In this document: piece after piece, positions 18,135-27,803 of the stretch
How positions within the stretch are numbered: the first letter of the stretch is position 1
Layout: every line of letters starts with the position of its first letter
Source: a virus
Virus record (IMG/VR): IMGVR_UViG_3300020193_000005
Span: 1-64,000 of that record
DNA length: 64,000 nucleotides
Reading direction: 5' to 3' (one strand)
The notes under the pieces: generated by a model
The model's input: the letters and a program-made list of their open reading frames with translations, nothing else
The model's database searches: none
Told to the model about the DNA's origin: nothing
Translations under genes and position numbers: made by a program

Positions 18135-19261
18135 TTGTCTTCCTCGGTCGTCGCGCTTGATTCGATACTAGCCGTGGAAGTCCGCGGCCCAGCCGGCGTC
18201 GGAGTGGTTGCCGAAAAGTCGAGAAGCAACAAATTTCTTATGAGCCAGTGAATCGGGTACGAGGAGGGATCGTTGGCCCGTTTCGCCCTGAACTTCGCCG
18301 AATACGCCATCGCCGTCTGGTAGTTGTGCGCCGACATCATGTGGTCGTCTATGAACGTCCTCACCCCGTCCCACCCCTTCGAGGCGTAATTCATTATGAG
18401 TTTCTCCGTGTCGTAATCTCTCCACAGCCTTCTTTGAGCGTCTATCTGCGGGTACGCGTCGTACAGGGCGTCGTAAAACTCGGGCTCGGTGGCGACGACG
18501 TCGCCCAGCCTGCGCGAAGCCACGGCGTGCAGGGGAACGCCGACCCTGGTGTTGCTTCCGGTCATCGCCGCGGCGTCGTAGTACTCGCAGTATTCGGCTC
18601 CGTGTTCCTCCGATATGAACTTGAGCACGTCGTCGGTCGTCCAGTCGTATATGACCTTCGCGAATCTGAGCGGTATGTTTCTTTTCGCTTTGTACGGGAT
18701 GACTATGTAGTTTTCGTGCAATTTTTGAACGAGCGATCTGTACCTCATGATCGACTCGTTGGCTCTGACACCGGTGATGAACGCGACCTTCCCCTTCTTG
18801 CCCTGCATGGTGTAGTAGTCGATGGAGCTCGGCAGAGGGACGTCCCTGCTCAGTCCGAAGGATTCCGCCGTTATGGCCCACTCCGGCAAGGGTCTCATCA
18901 GTCTCCCTTCGTCCTCGCGTTTTTTGGACCACAACATCTCGGCCCATCGCAAGCCGAGCGAATAAACCTCGTTTCCGTACGGCATGCAGTACCACTCCAT
19001 GTCGACCCAATCGTAGTTTCTGACTTTTTCCACGAAATTGAGCGTCATGGGACTGACCAGCTCCTCGTCCCGAAAAATTACCCTTACTTTTCCGAGATTT
19101 CTTTCGTCGTGTACTTCCTTGGCGAGATAAAGAATCGCCGTCGAATCCTTACCGCCCGAAAATTGGACGCAGACAGTATCGAAGGTGTCGTAGACGTGTC
19201 GCATTCTCTCGCGCGCCGCGTCGACGCAACTCATGTTCAGGTAAAGTTTTTTCCTCGGCAT
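18131..19261 (-). CDS. PAPS reductase family protein (IbrA/YbdN-like)
   Basis: PP-loop FSGGKDS, GVRANES..R, IYDWTTDDV. Confidence 0.88.
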   Translation of the reverse strand: MPRKKLYLNMSCVDAARERMRHVYDTFDTVCVQFSGGKDSTAILYLAKEVHDERNLGKVRVIFRDEELVSPMTLNFVEKVRNYDWVDMEWYCMPYGNEVYSLGLRWAEMLWSKKREDEGRLMRPLPEWAITAESFGLSRDVPLPSSIDYYTMQGKKGKVAFITGVRANESIMRYRSLVQKLHENYIVIPYKAKRNIPLRFAKVIYDWTTDDVLKFISEEHGAEYCEYYDAAAMTGSNTRVGVPLHAVASRRLGDVVATEPEFYDALYDAYPQIDAQRRLWRDYDTEKLIMNYASKGWDGVRTFIDDHMMSAHNYQTAMAYSAKFRAKRANDPSSYPIHWLIRNLLLLDFSATTPTPAGPRTSTASIESSATTEEDK

Positions 19262-20049
19262 CAGAAGTCCGCGTGGAAATTTACGAAATCTATCAATTTC
19301 GCCGCCGTGGTTTCGCCGACGTACTTATGGTCGTTACGAACGTATCTTATGAAGTCGTACCATCTTTTCTGCTGATCGGCGCTGTCGAACACCAGTGTGT
19401 ATTGAACGACCGCTTTTTCCCCGCCCTTGACCCCTATGGCTACGCTACCCCTGGTTGCCGCGTCGCCGGAATCCACGTTGCCTCCGGCGACGATTATCTC
19501 CTCGTCCTCGTCGTCGAGTTCGGTTATTATTTCGGGATCCTCGCGTTGTTGAGCGGCGAAAGGATTGACGATGACCGGGGCGACGTACCCAGCGCGGTTG
19601 TCGCTGGCTTCGTTCATGGCGATGTCGGTGGATATTGACGCGATTTCGAAATCGTCCCAGCCGAGACCCAGCAATAGATCCTGGTACTCGGAGGAAACGT
19701 CCTGCAGTAGCTCCAGAACTAACTGCTGATCGGTGTTCCCCAACTCCGTGGTTCGATTGTCGGCTAGGGCGAATGCGTTGGCGCGCGTTTCGTCCACGTC
19801 GTAAACCACGACGGCGACTTGATCCCATCCGAGTTTTTTGGCGGCCGTCAGTTGATGGTTTCCGGCGACGACGGTGTATGTCCCGTTTCCGTTTGGTCTA
19901 ACCACGATTGGTTTTATCTGACCGAACTCGGCGTAGGAGGATACGATTGCGTCGACGTTGCCGATTCTGGGATTTTTTTCAAGCGGCACCAGGCAGTTGA
20001 CGTCGACGGCCAGGTGTTTGATCGATTCGTGAATGTTTTCCTTACTCAC
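19261..20049 (-). CDS. ParB/Srx-like nuclease domain protein
   Basis: NPRIGNV..I..S..EFGQ.KPIVV...VVAGNH...ALADNR. Confidence 0.85.
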   Translation of the reverse strand: MSKENIHESIKHLAVDVNCLVPLEKNPRIGNVDAIVSSYAEFGQIKPIVVRPNGNGTYTVVAGNHQLTAAKKLGWDQVAVVVYDVDETRANAFALADNRTTELGNTDQQLVLELLQDVSSEYQDLLLGLGWDDFEIASISTDIAMNEASDNRAGYVAPVIVNPFAAQQREDPEIITELDDEDEEIIVAGGNVDSGDAATRGSVAIGVKGGEKAVVQYTLVFDSADQQKRWYDFIRYVRNDHKYVGETTAAKLIDFVNFHADF

Positions 20050-20387
20050 GAGACGAGGGCCCTCACGTTGGCGTTGAGCGTCCTGAGAGCGTCTATCGAG
20101 GTGCGCAAGGAAAGCAGTTTTTCTCTTTTCGCCTTGACCAATCCTTCGGAAATTTTATAGTCGTAGTTCTCGTCGTTCATTTGATAGTCGGCCCAGGCTT
20201 CGCGCTCCTTGATGGAACCCTTGGCGGCGAGGTACGACTTCGCCCAGTTCGCCTTGTACATGGCTTCCTTTTTGGCGGCGTCCAACGAGAGCGTTTCGAA
20301 TGCCTCGGTCTCGTTCTCGAGCAACCCGAGCAGTCTCATCATTTCCTCTTCGACTTCTACCTGGCTAATCGGAGTATTTCGAGTCAC
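20046..20387 (-). CDS. Hypothetical coiled-coil protein (113 aa)
   Basis: Helical, overlapping both neighbours within the operon. Confidence 0.6.
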   Translation of the reverse strand: MTRNTPISQVEVEEEMMRLLGLLENETEAFETLSLDAAKKEAMYKANWAKSYLAAKGSIKEREAWADYQMNDENYDYKISEGLVKAKREKLLSLRTSIDALRTLNANVRALVS

Positions 20388-20925
20388 TGCACCTTCCTTC
20401 GTAGTTTTCCAACGAGGACCAGTCGACGCCGTTCGCCACGGTACGACTTGCCTCGGGCCAATCGTACCTCGGCTCCGACCATCTCATCAAGGCCATTTCC
20501 TCCAATATCCATGCGTCGCACATGTCGTCGGCACCGGGTCCCGACCATACGATTCCGGTTCTAGCGGAAACGGCCGAAACGACCTCGCTCTTGGAGGAAT
20601 TGCCTTTACCGGTGGCGAATTTCGCCCGGGTCGTGGGAGCGATCTCGGTGAATGGAATGTTACGGGTGCAAAGGCAGTATCTAACGACTCCGCCCAATTC
20701 CCCGATGGAAAAAGCCTGCCCGGATCGGGCGGCGTACGCGTAGCCCTCGACGACGACGGCTTCTACCTTGTGAAACCGAACGAGATCCATGACGCTCCTG
20801 GATATGTCGATCAGCCTTTGAGTGCCGCTGGTTTTCGGAGTTATTACGCCCCTTGCGTCGCCGACCGACCAGCCCGTGGACGATAGGGACAAATCCAACC
20901 CCATGAAGATTTTTGTTTTTTCCAC
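20365..20925 (-). CDS. RuvC-like Holliday junction resolvase
   Basis: GLDLSLSSTG, VVVEGY, KFATGKGN..K, DDMCDA catalytic pattern. Confidence 0.88.
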   Translation of the reverse strand: MEKTKIFMGLDLSLSSTGWSVGDARGVITPKTSGTQRLIDISRSVMDLVRFHKVEAVVVEGYAYAARSGQAFSIGELGGVVRYCLCTRNIPFTEIAPTTRAKFATGKGNSSKSEVVSAVSARTGIVWSGPGADDMCDAWILEEMALMRWSEPRYDWPEASRTVANGVDWSSLENYEGRCSDSKYSD

Positions 20926-20937
20926 GGATTGAAACTA

Positions 20938-21013
20938 CCGCGCTTGACGGGTTGCCCCCGGGGCCTGCACTCCCCGGGGGCGCGGCGCCCGATTGGGGCC
21001 GAACCCGTTGCGG
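20938..21013. ncRNA. Candidate structured RNA/DNA element (three-way junction)
   Basis: Intergenic: stem 20947-53/21002-08, 10-bp stem 20954-63/20972-81, and stem 20983-90/20995-21001 with one bulge. Confidence 0.4.
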
Positions 21014-21104
21014 AATTAACCGCCAGACCGGATCACCCCCCTCCCTTGTCGAGTTACCTGCCCCGATTGTATCCTCGTAGCCAATACAGAAATAGGTAAT
21101 AGTT

Positions 21105-21416
21105 TTACGACTTGTCTCTTTTCCAGCCTTCCTTGGCGAGACCGAGATCAAAAGAAATTTTCGGGTATTTTCCTATTCTTTCGTGACAGGCGCGACACAC
21201 GGCCATGAGATTTTGTTCGTCGAGTATCGAACCGCCCTGCGATCTTCGCACGATTTCGTGAACGTCCTGGGAGCGTTTTCTGAGGTAGGTTACGCGTCCG
21301 TCGTATTTTGCGAATACCGGACAAGCCTCGCACCAAGCCCTATTCGAAAGAATCCTCTCTACTATCCCCCTACGTTCTACGTAAATTTTTTCGGTTTTCT
21401 CCGATCTTTTCCTCAT
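21105..21416 (-). CDS. HNH endonuclease-like protein
   Basis: CEAC...DVHE..RRSQGGS...NL..VCRACH. Start taken at ATG 21416; ORF track extends to 21515. Confidence 0.8.
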   Translation of the reverse strand: MRKRSEKTEKIYVERRGIVERILSNRAWCEACPVFAKYDGRVTYLRKRSQDVHEIVRRSQGGSILDEQNLMAVCRACHERIGKYPKISFDLGLAKEGWKRDKS

Positions 21417-21942
21417 CGGAGATTTCTTCTTCCGGTTTTTTGATTTCGTCGAACGTCCAGATTCCGTCGAGCGCAAGGTAGAGCGCCTCATCGGCCGGCG
21501 TCGTCTCAATGTCATACTTCAAAAGATACATCTTGTGAGCGAGTATGGCGTCGCGGCAAATTAAAACCTTTTTCTCCTGATCCACCGATCCGACTTCGGA
21601 TTTCGCCTTGATTCCTTGGACCTCGGAGATTTTTCTCAGGACGTAGAAGCGAAACTTCTTGATCTTGGATATTTTTTGTTCGTAGTAATGCCTTGCCTCC
21701 GCCGCCAAACCGAGACCGTCCTCGCCCATGCCTTCGTATCTGCGGAGATCGCTCTCCATGTCCAGCTCGCACGATTCGATTTGTTCGTTCAGGTGCGCGC
21801 AAAGAGCGTCGAGGGCCCTCAGCCACCTTCCGATGTTCTGCGACTCCGCCAGGAACTGTCGCTCTTCCGCGGAGGCCTTGTTCTTCACCTCCTGCGAAAC
21901 CATGTGGGCAAATGCGTCGTCGCTGATTACGTGCGATCTCAT
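21370..21942 (-). CDS. Hypothetical protein
   Basis: Helical ORF; ATG at 21942 overlaps the upstream stop (ATGA). Confidence 0.6.
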   Translation of the reverse strand: MRSHVISDDAFAHMVSQEVKNKASAEERQFLAESQNIGRWLRALDALCAHLNEQIESCELDMESDLRRYEGMGEDGLGLAAEARHYYEQKISKIKKFRFYVLRKISEVQGIKAKSEVGSVDQEKKVLICRDAILAHKMYLLKYDIETTPADEALYLALDGIWTFDEIKKPEEEISDEEKIGENRKNLRRT

Positions 21943-22730
21943 TGCGGTTTTCCTTTCCAATATTCGCATATATTCGTTTTGTAGTGGCACCAGTAGCAAA
22001 GTTGGGTCGGATGCGCCGGCCAGGAGTTGTCGGAGAACGACTCCAGTATTCGGGAATAGGTCCCGCTCACCTCGTTCAGGACGGAGATCCTGGCGTCGTC
22101 GTCGAATTTCCTCGAGAATCTGGCCCCGTCCCTGAGATAAAGCAGTTCCACCAGGTTCACCTTGTTGGAATCGTCGTTTTCCAGTACGGCGGCGTATACG
22201 AACAACTGGACGAACTTATCCCCGACGTACCGCTCTTTCGGCGTTTTGCCGGTCTTGTAGTCGGATATTTTTATGACGCCGTCCTCGACGACCCACCTAT
22301 CGATGAATCCGCGAACTGGGACTTCGCCCACTTTTCCGTTCAACTCGGTCTCGACGCCGCCCGACGATACATTCACGTTGCTCGGTTTCTCGACGGAGAA
22401 GATGTTCTCGAGGCACCACCAGGCGTTCCAGCGAAAATCGTTTTTCTCCGACTGCGGAACTATTCCCGATATTTTTTGATCCCAGTCCCCCGACGCCCAC
22501 GTTGAGGTGCTGAGCGAGCGGAGCGAAAGAGCCGTTCTCTCTTCCGGTGCCAGTTGACCGTAAAAGCTCTCCAGTACGTCGTGGACGAAATTGCCCAAAA
22601 GGGTGGCCTTCGTCGGCGGTTCGGCTATTTTGTTGACCCTCGAATATTTGTATTTAAGCGGGCACTGCGAGTAGGTGGCAAGGGAGCTCGGCGAAACGTA
22701 TTCGGGAAGCTCGTACGGAAGATCGGTCAC
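21939..22730 (-). CDS. RecB-family PD-(D/E)xK exonuclease with 4-Cys cluster
   Basis: SPSS..YSQCP, GFIDR, DYKTG, QL..YA, CYWC...C. Confidence 0.9.
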   Translation of the reverse strand: MTDLPYELPEYVSPSSLATYSQCPLKYKYSRVNKIAEPPTKATLLGNFVHDVLESFYGQLAPEERTALSLRSLSTSTWASGDWDQKISGIVPQSEKNDFRWNAWWCLENIFSVEKPSNVNVSSGGVETELNGKVGEVPVRGFIDRWVVEDGVIKISDYKTGKTPKERYVGDKFVQLFVYAAVLENDDSNKVNLVELLYLRDGARFSRKFDDDARISVLNEVSGTYSRILESFSDNSWPAHPTQLCYWCHYKTNICEYWKGKPQ

Positions 22731-22736
22731 CTCGGA

Positions 22737-23375
22737 TCATTGTCCGGATTTGATTTTTTTGATTTCCGAAACTATGAATTCGAGGTCGTCCGTCGACACC
22801 GAATCCATCGACTGGGGCACCGGGGCTCCGTTCGTTCTCGCGTTCCATTTTTCTCGCATCGAGTTTTTCTGCTCGCCGTCGAGACTCTTGGCGAGCGTGA
22901 CGAAGGAACTCCACATTGACGACTTGATTTCGTGCTCCGATCCGGCGTCAAGATACTGCTCCGCCTCGATGGCGTCCTCGCTTCTAGCGAGATACAACCC
23001 GACGCCGAGCGTTTGCGCGGCTTTCTTCAGGGCGTCCGATATGGCGCCCTTGAACTCGTCACCGAGGTCGAGTATCTGGCCCTGCTTGGTTCGCTTGATC
23101 TTCTGCCCGCCGAAACCGTCGCGGGCGATCGGCTGGAAGTCCGTGACGAAGTACTCGATACGCACGTGGGCGACGACGAAGTCGGGGTCAATGGAGTCCC
23201 TCTCGCAACGAATTATCGTGAACGACCACTTGTCGACGCCGAGCACCTTGTTGAGACGATTGGTCACTTCGCTCACGGGTATGTACGTGAGGGCGGTTCC
23301 GCCCTTGTTGACGGTTCTTTCCATCCCGTCCGGGAAGTTCTCGGCGAGCTGTTGATAAAGGTTGTTGATGCTCAT
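22737..23375 (-). CDS. Rad52/Rad22-family single-strand annealing protein (Sak-like)
   Basis: LTYI...V..RLN.VLG...W, KGAISDALKKAA..LGVGLYL. Confidence 0.88.
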   Translation of the reverse strand: MSINNLYQQLAENFPDGMERTVNKGGTALTYIPVSEVTNRLNKVLGVDKWSFTIIRCERDSIDPDFVVAHVRIEYFVTDFQPIARDGFGGQKIKRTKQGQILDLGDEFKGAISDALKKAAQTLGVGLYLARSEDAIEAEQYLDAGSEHEIKSSMWSSFVTLAKSLDGEQKNSMREKWNARTNGAPVPQSMDSVSTDDLEFIVSEIKKIKSGQ

Positions 23376-23881
23376 TCTTTGGGTCTCCTTACGATGACGT
23401 TGGTTTTGGCTTCGCTTACCTCGCAGAACGAATCGGCGGAAACGCCTATTTTCGAGAGTTCCTTGACCCTCCAGTACGAGACCGCGGCGAAGTCGAGCAT
23501 TTTGATCATCATGTCTTGCGACGACATTATTACCTCGCCGGTGCTCAAGTCAACGGCCATGTCGTTGATTCGGCTCGCCACGTTCCTGGCCAAACCATCG
23601 TGATCCCACTTCTTGCGGTCGGAGCCGCTCTTTTTTTCGATCTTCGTGCCGTCCGCCAGGGTTATCTCGGGAACGTCGGCCATGGCGTCGGCTACGGCGG
23701 CGACGGCGGAATCGTAAACGACGGACATTTCCCCTTTGGCCCTGTGTAATTCGGCCAGCGAAAAACACCCGTCTTCGGCGGAAATCTTGGCGGAACGCTT
23801 GATTTCCTCGTCTATCGCGACGAGAAGAACGACCAATTGATCGACGAGCAAGGATATCTTGGTTTTTTCCTTGGTTTCCAT
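23372..23881 (-). CDS. Hypothetical protein (169 aa)
   Basis: SD AGAGGT and 4-nt overlap with the Rad52 gene. Confidence 0.65.
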   Translation of the reverse strand: METKEKTKISLLVDQLVVLLVAIDEEIKRSAKISAEDGCFSLAELHRAKGEMSVVYDSAVAAVADAMADVPEITLADGTKIEKKSGSDRKKWDHDGLARNVASRINDMAVDLSTGEVIMSSQDMMIKMLDFAAVSYWRVKELSKIGVSADSFCEVSEAKTNVIVRRPKE

Positions 23882-23905
23882 TAGCTACCTCTTTTCTAGG
23901 ATTAC

Positions 23906-25219
23906 CTAGGCGATGATAGCGGCTTTCCTTCGGAAAGGCAACCCCAATCCCGCCAGAAACGAGAAGGCTCCGACGGCGGAGTCGACCTGGTCGTCATGGT
24001 TGGCGGCTTCCGGAAAAGAGGAAAATTCGTCCAACCAGTCGCCCATCCACGGGGATCTGACTATTCGGACGTTTCCGTTCGCCACGGCGGCGGCGAATGG
24101 TCTCGCCCTGGTCACCTTGTCCCCGGTGGATCTAATCCCGATGAAATCGTAACCCGGCAGAACGTACCTGGAATACTGATCGATGAGCGCTTTACCCGAG
24201 GATCCTGGCTCCTGCTCCATTCTTATCGCCACCACCGGACCGTCCTCCGCCGCCGTCTGGGCGATCAGTTGTTCCACCTTGTCCCCCTTGACCCTGGCCC
24301 TTTTCACGTCGAGCACGTAGGAGACCCCGTTCTCGTAGACCACGAGCGTCCCCACCGTCCAGTCCGGATCGGGGTTGGATTGATTCGCCTCGGTCGCGGC
24401 CAAATCCCAAAACCTGCACGCCTTGGCGTTGGGACCGAGTTTGGGGACCTCGTGATCGTCGATGATGACGAAGGCCGTTCTGTCGAAAAGAGAGCCGAGC
24501 GTGGTCGCCCACCAATCTCCCTCCTCCAGCCTTTTTCTTTCTATGGGATCCAGCGCCGCCAACGCGAGACGATACGAATCGGCGTCTATGCCCGGATTGT
24601 CGGTCAGCTTCGAGGGCACGAAAACCCTCCCGTGCGTGACCCCTTCGACGATGAACCTTTGTCTCACCCAGTTGGGGGCGGGGTTCGACGCGGCTCTCAT
24701 CCTCAGCGGAACGGACGAGAGCGGTCCCGATGCCGGACGTCGCAACCGTGAGAATAGGTACCTGTAGTCGTTCTCCCTTATTTCCGTGACCTCGTCCATG
24801 CCTATGAATTGAAATTCCGAGCCTTTGTAGCGAAGGTAGTCGTTTTGGTTGTTGAGGTAACCGAACGAAATTCTCGCCCCCGAAGGAAAGGTGGCGACGT
24901 AGGTGTTGTTGTTCCAGTGAACCTGGTCGTGAATTGATATCCAGCCACGAAATCTGTCCATAAGAGCCCCGGGCAAGGAAAGATCGGCGAAAGTGCGCCT
25001 AAACAGGATCGCCGAATATCCGGGAACGTCCAAGTACTGCATCGCCGACATGAGTAGTGCCGAGGATTTGCCTCCTCCGGCCGCGCCTCCGAAGAGGGCC
25101 TCCAGCTGATTCGTTCTCAGGAACACCTTCTGCGTTATGGACGGACTCTCCGGGCAGAACAAAGAGTCCTTCGGGCGGAGAAACTCCAATACCTTGTCCC
25201 AGTCGGTTTGATCATTCAT
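23906..25219 (-). CDS. terL: Terminase large subunit
   Basis: Walker A GGAAGGGKS, Walker B FIGMDE, ASNP coupling motif, nuclease WDLA...HDDQVD. Confidence 0.95.
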   Translation of the reverse strand: MNDQTDWDKVLEFLRPKDSLFCPESPSITQKVFLRTNQLEALFGGAAGGGKSSALLMSAMQYLDVPGYSAILFRRTFADLSLPGALMDRFRGWISIHDQVHWNNNTYVATFPSGARISFGYLNNQNDYLRYKGSEFQFIGMDEVTEIRENDYRYLFSRLRRPASGPLSSVPLRMRAASNPAPNWVRQRFIVEGVTHGRVFVPSKLTDNPGIDADSYRLALAALDPIERKRLEEGDWWATTLGSLFDRTAFVIIDDHEVPKLGPNAKACRFWDLAATEANQSNPDPDWTVGTLVVYENGVSYVLDVKRARVKGDKVEQLIAQTAAEDGPVVAIRMEQEPGSSGKALIDQYSRYVLPGYDFIGIRSTGDKVTRARPFAAAVANGNVRIVRSPWMGDWLDEFSSFPEAANHDDQVDSAVGAFSFLAGLGLPFRRKAAIIA

Positions 25220-25248
25220 GCTATATATAAATTAGCCTGCGCGCTAGA

Positions 25249-25473
25249 TTGTGGCGGTCAGTAGTTCCGGAGGTCTCCTTGGGTTCCGAATTTTTGAGAA
25301 TTTTGTCGGCGGTCTGGTCAAATATGACCTCCAGGTCGACCATCGCTAATACGTTGATGGCTTCATTTATACTGTTTACTGGAATAGGTACGTTTTTGAT
25401 TAATCCGATCGTCGGCTTCATAACCCTTGGAGTCGTCTGCGGAGCCGTCGGATACCTGCTCGGAATGGAGTAA
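25249..25473 (+). CDS. Small membrane protein upstream of portal
   Basis: Two hydrophobic helices; such genes commonly precede HK97-type portals; start uncertain (ATG at 25323 possible). Confidence 0.6.
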   Translation: MWRSVVPEVSLGSEFLRILSAVWSNMTSRSTIANTLMASFILFTGIGTFLINPIVGFITLGVVCGAVGYLLGME

Positions 25474-25480
25474 ACCCTCA

Positions 25481-27715
25481 ATGGCCTGGAACACGACGTC
25501 GAATAAGAGCGCTGGCACGAGTGGCGTGAAAGCCCTGAACCCCGGGGCTCCCGTCGCATACAACCCGTCGCAGGTCGGCAAGCCGTACCGAGACGCCTGG
25601 GACATAGAGCGCGCCTACAGAGAGGGGTTTCAGAAAGTCACGTGGGTGAATAGATGCATAGACGCCATCGCCGGAAACCAGTCGCGTCTCCCGGTCGTAC
25701 TAAGAGAGAACAACGATCCCGCGGGAAGAATCGTAAGACAGTCGGACAGAAAAATCCTGGACATACTCAACACCAAATCGAACATGGGCGAGAACTCGTT
25801 CGTTTTCAGGTACCGGCTCTCATCGCAATTGCTGATGTCGTCGCGCGGGGCGTTCATCGAGAAGATTCGCGGTAGGGACGGCGAATTGATCGCCCTACAG
25901 CTACTTCCTCCGCAACACACCTCCCCGATACCGGATCCAAGGAGGTTCGTATCCGGTTTCGAGGTCGACATGAGGAACGGCACGAAGGTCGTTTTAAAGC
26001 CGCAGGACGTCGTGTGGATCAGGAAACCGCATCCCCTGGATCCGTATTTGTCGTTGACCCCGATGGAGGCCGCCGGAATCGCAATAGAAATAGAGAATTT
26101 GTCCAAGCTTTACAACAGGAATTTCCTTCTCAACGACGGAAGACCCGGCGGGTTGCTGGTCGTGCGCAGCGAAATAGACGACGACGACAAGGACGAACTG
26201 AGAAATCGTTTCAGGGGAAACGTCAGTAGGGCGGGAGCCGTCACCGTGATATCCGCCGACGAGGGAATAGATTTCGTGGACACCGGGCAGAGCCCCAGGG
26301 ACGCCAATTACGTACAAATGAGGCAAATTCAGAAAGAAGAGATACTCGCCGCTTTCGGGGTTCCGGAGTCCGTAATCGGGAACGCCGCCGGAAGAACTTT
26401 TTCCAACGCGGCGGAGGAGCACAAGGTTTTCTGGAACGAAACCATGCTTCCGCACCTCGAGACGATCGCCCGAGGACTCGACGAAGTCGACGACGATTAC
26501 TACATAGATTTCGACGTCACCGACGTTCCGGTTCTCGTGCTTTACAAACAGGAGCGAGATAGGTATCTGATGAACGAGTATCAAACCGGTCTCATCAGCG
26601 GCAACGAATACAGGGAGGGTGCGGGAAGAAAGAAAATAGATTCCGAATTGATGGACGCGATGTTGACGAACCCCAATCTCACGCCGATCGGATACACGAA
26701 TAAGAAGTTCGAACCGCAGGCGGCGATGGCCATGCCAGGGGGTTCCGTGCCCCCGGCTGGAGCCCCGGGCGGACCGATGATACCCGGTACGCAACCGGCT
26801 CTACCCATGGAACCGTCGATGGCCGCTCCCCAGGAGGGGATGACGGCGGCTCTCGCGGCCGAGGGAGAGGTGCCGATGCAGGTCAAGTCGGTCGAGATCG
26901 ACGAACTCTCGGAGACCGAGAATTTGATGAAGAGCGCCGTCGTCGACGACGAACAGATCCAAACCAAACTCCTCAACGACGAATGGAGCTACAAGGTGGA
27001 GGAGTCGCTGACCAGGTGGAGCGAAATCCTCGAGTCGTCGCTCGAGCGTTTCGTAGAAAGACAGCAACGCGTGGTGCTCGAGAAGGCGACCGGCTCCAAA
27101 TCCAGAAAATCGCTCGAGGCGAAATCCCTGGATTCCGAGACGATATTCGACCAAGCGGTATGGGACAAACAATTGAACGAGGATTTGCGTCCGATAATCA
27201 ACGGAATAATGAACGACGCCAGCATGTCGGTTACTCAGGATTTCGGCATGCAGGCGGAACCCGACGAGGAAGAAATCAAGACGCAGCTTGATTTACAAAT
27301 CGAGAGAATTCAAAAGATAAACGAAACCACGGCCAAGGAGGTTTCGGCCGCCGTTCTTATCGCGGTTTCCATGGAGGACGGCGAGGACAAACTCGGAATG
27401 CTCAAAGCCGCCCTCATAGCGGTCTTCGCCAACATGCTCGCCAAAAGAAAGAAGGTCATAGCGGAGAACGAGGCTTGGACGGCCTACAACACCGGATCCT
27501 TCTTGGCCGCTAAATCGGTCGGCGCATTCAAGAAAACTTGGATTTCCGAGAGGGATAAGAACGTGAGACCCGAGCACGCGGCGTTGGACGGACAAACCGT
27601 TCCGATAGGGGAACCGTTCGCGGTGATGGGGGAGAGCATCAAATACCCAGGAGATCCCTCGGCACCGCTGCATCTTACGATAAATTGTCGTTGCAAAGTT
27701 CGTTTTGCAATTTAG
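25481..27715 (+). CDS. HK97-type portal protein fused to a MuF (SPP1 gp7-like) head morphogenesis domain
   Basis: Portal motifs (F.NDGRPGG, EILAAFGVP, FSNAAE, GLISGNEYR); C-terminal KTW....D..VR..H..LDG...PGDP.....INCRC. Start taken at ATG 25481. Confidence 0.92.
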   Translation: MAWNTTSNKSAGTSGVKALNPGAPVAYNPSQVGKPYRDAWDIERAYREGFQKVTWVNRCIDAIAGNQSRLPVVLRENNDPAGRIVRQSDRKILDILNTKSNMGENSFVFRYRLSSQLLMSSRGAFIEKIRGRDGELIALQLLPPQHTSPIPDPRRFVSGFEVDMRNGTKVVLKPQDVVWIRKPHPLDPYLSLTPMEAAGIAIEIENLSKLYNRNFLLNDGRPGGLLVVRSEIDDDDKDELRNRFRGNVSRAGAVTVISADEGIDFVDTGQSPRDANYVQMRQIQKEEILAAFGVPESVIGNAAGRTFSNAAEEHKVFWNETMLPHLETIARGLDEVDDDYYIDFDVTDVPVLVLYKQERDRYLMNEYQTGLISGNEYREGAGRKKIDSELMDAMLTNPNLTPIGYTNKKFEPQAAMAMPGGSVPPAGAPGGPMIPGTQPALPMEPSMAAPQEGMTAALAAEGEVPMQVKSVEIDELSETENLMKSAVVDDEQIQTKLLNDEWSYKVEESLTRWSEILESSLERFVERQQRVVLEKATGSKSRKSLEAKSLDSETIFDQAVWDKQLNEDLRPIINGIMNDASMSVTQDFGMQAEPDEEEIKTQLDLQIERIQKINETTAKEVSAAVLIAVSMEDGEDKLGMLKAALIAVFANMLAKRKKVIAENEAWTAYNTGSFLAAKSVGAFKKTWISERDKNVRPEHAALDGQTVPIGEPFAVMGESIKYPGDPSAPLHLTINCRCKVRFAI

Positions 27716-27775
27716 TTTCAGTAAATTCAGCTAGTTTCTTCAAACCGTTTCAAAAACTTCCCGCGGATAACGATT

Positions 27776-27789
27776 CCGTGGTTTATGAT
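27776..27789 (+). promoter_or_regulatory. Putative extended -10 promoter CCGTGGTT-TATGAT
   Basis: Intergenic, 14 nt before ATG 27804; matches the 17567 motif. Confidence 0.45.
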
Positions 27790-27803
27790 TGACGAAGGCA
27801 CTG

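Noticed and set aside
21030-21047. 16S rRNA gene fragment
   Set aside because: Similarity is limited to the anti-SD tail; there is no flanking rRNA sequence.
21939-22730. Cas4 / CRISPR-Cas system
   Set aside because: No other cas genes or array; context with a Rad52-like annealase indicates a recombination exonuclease.
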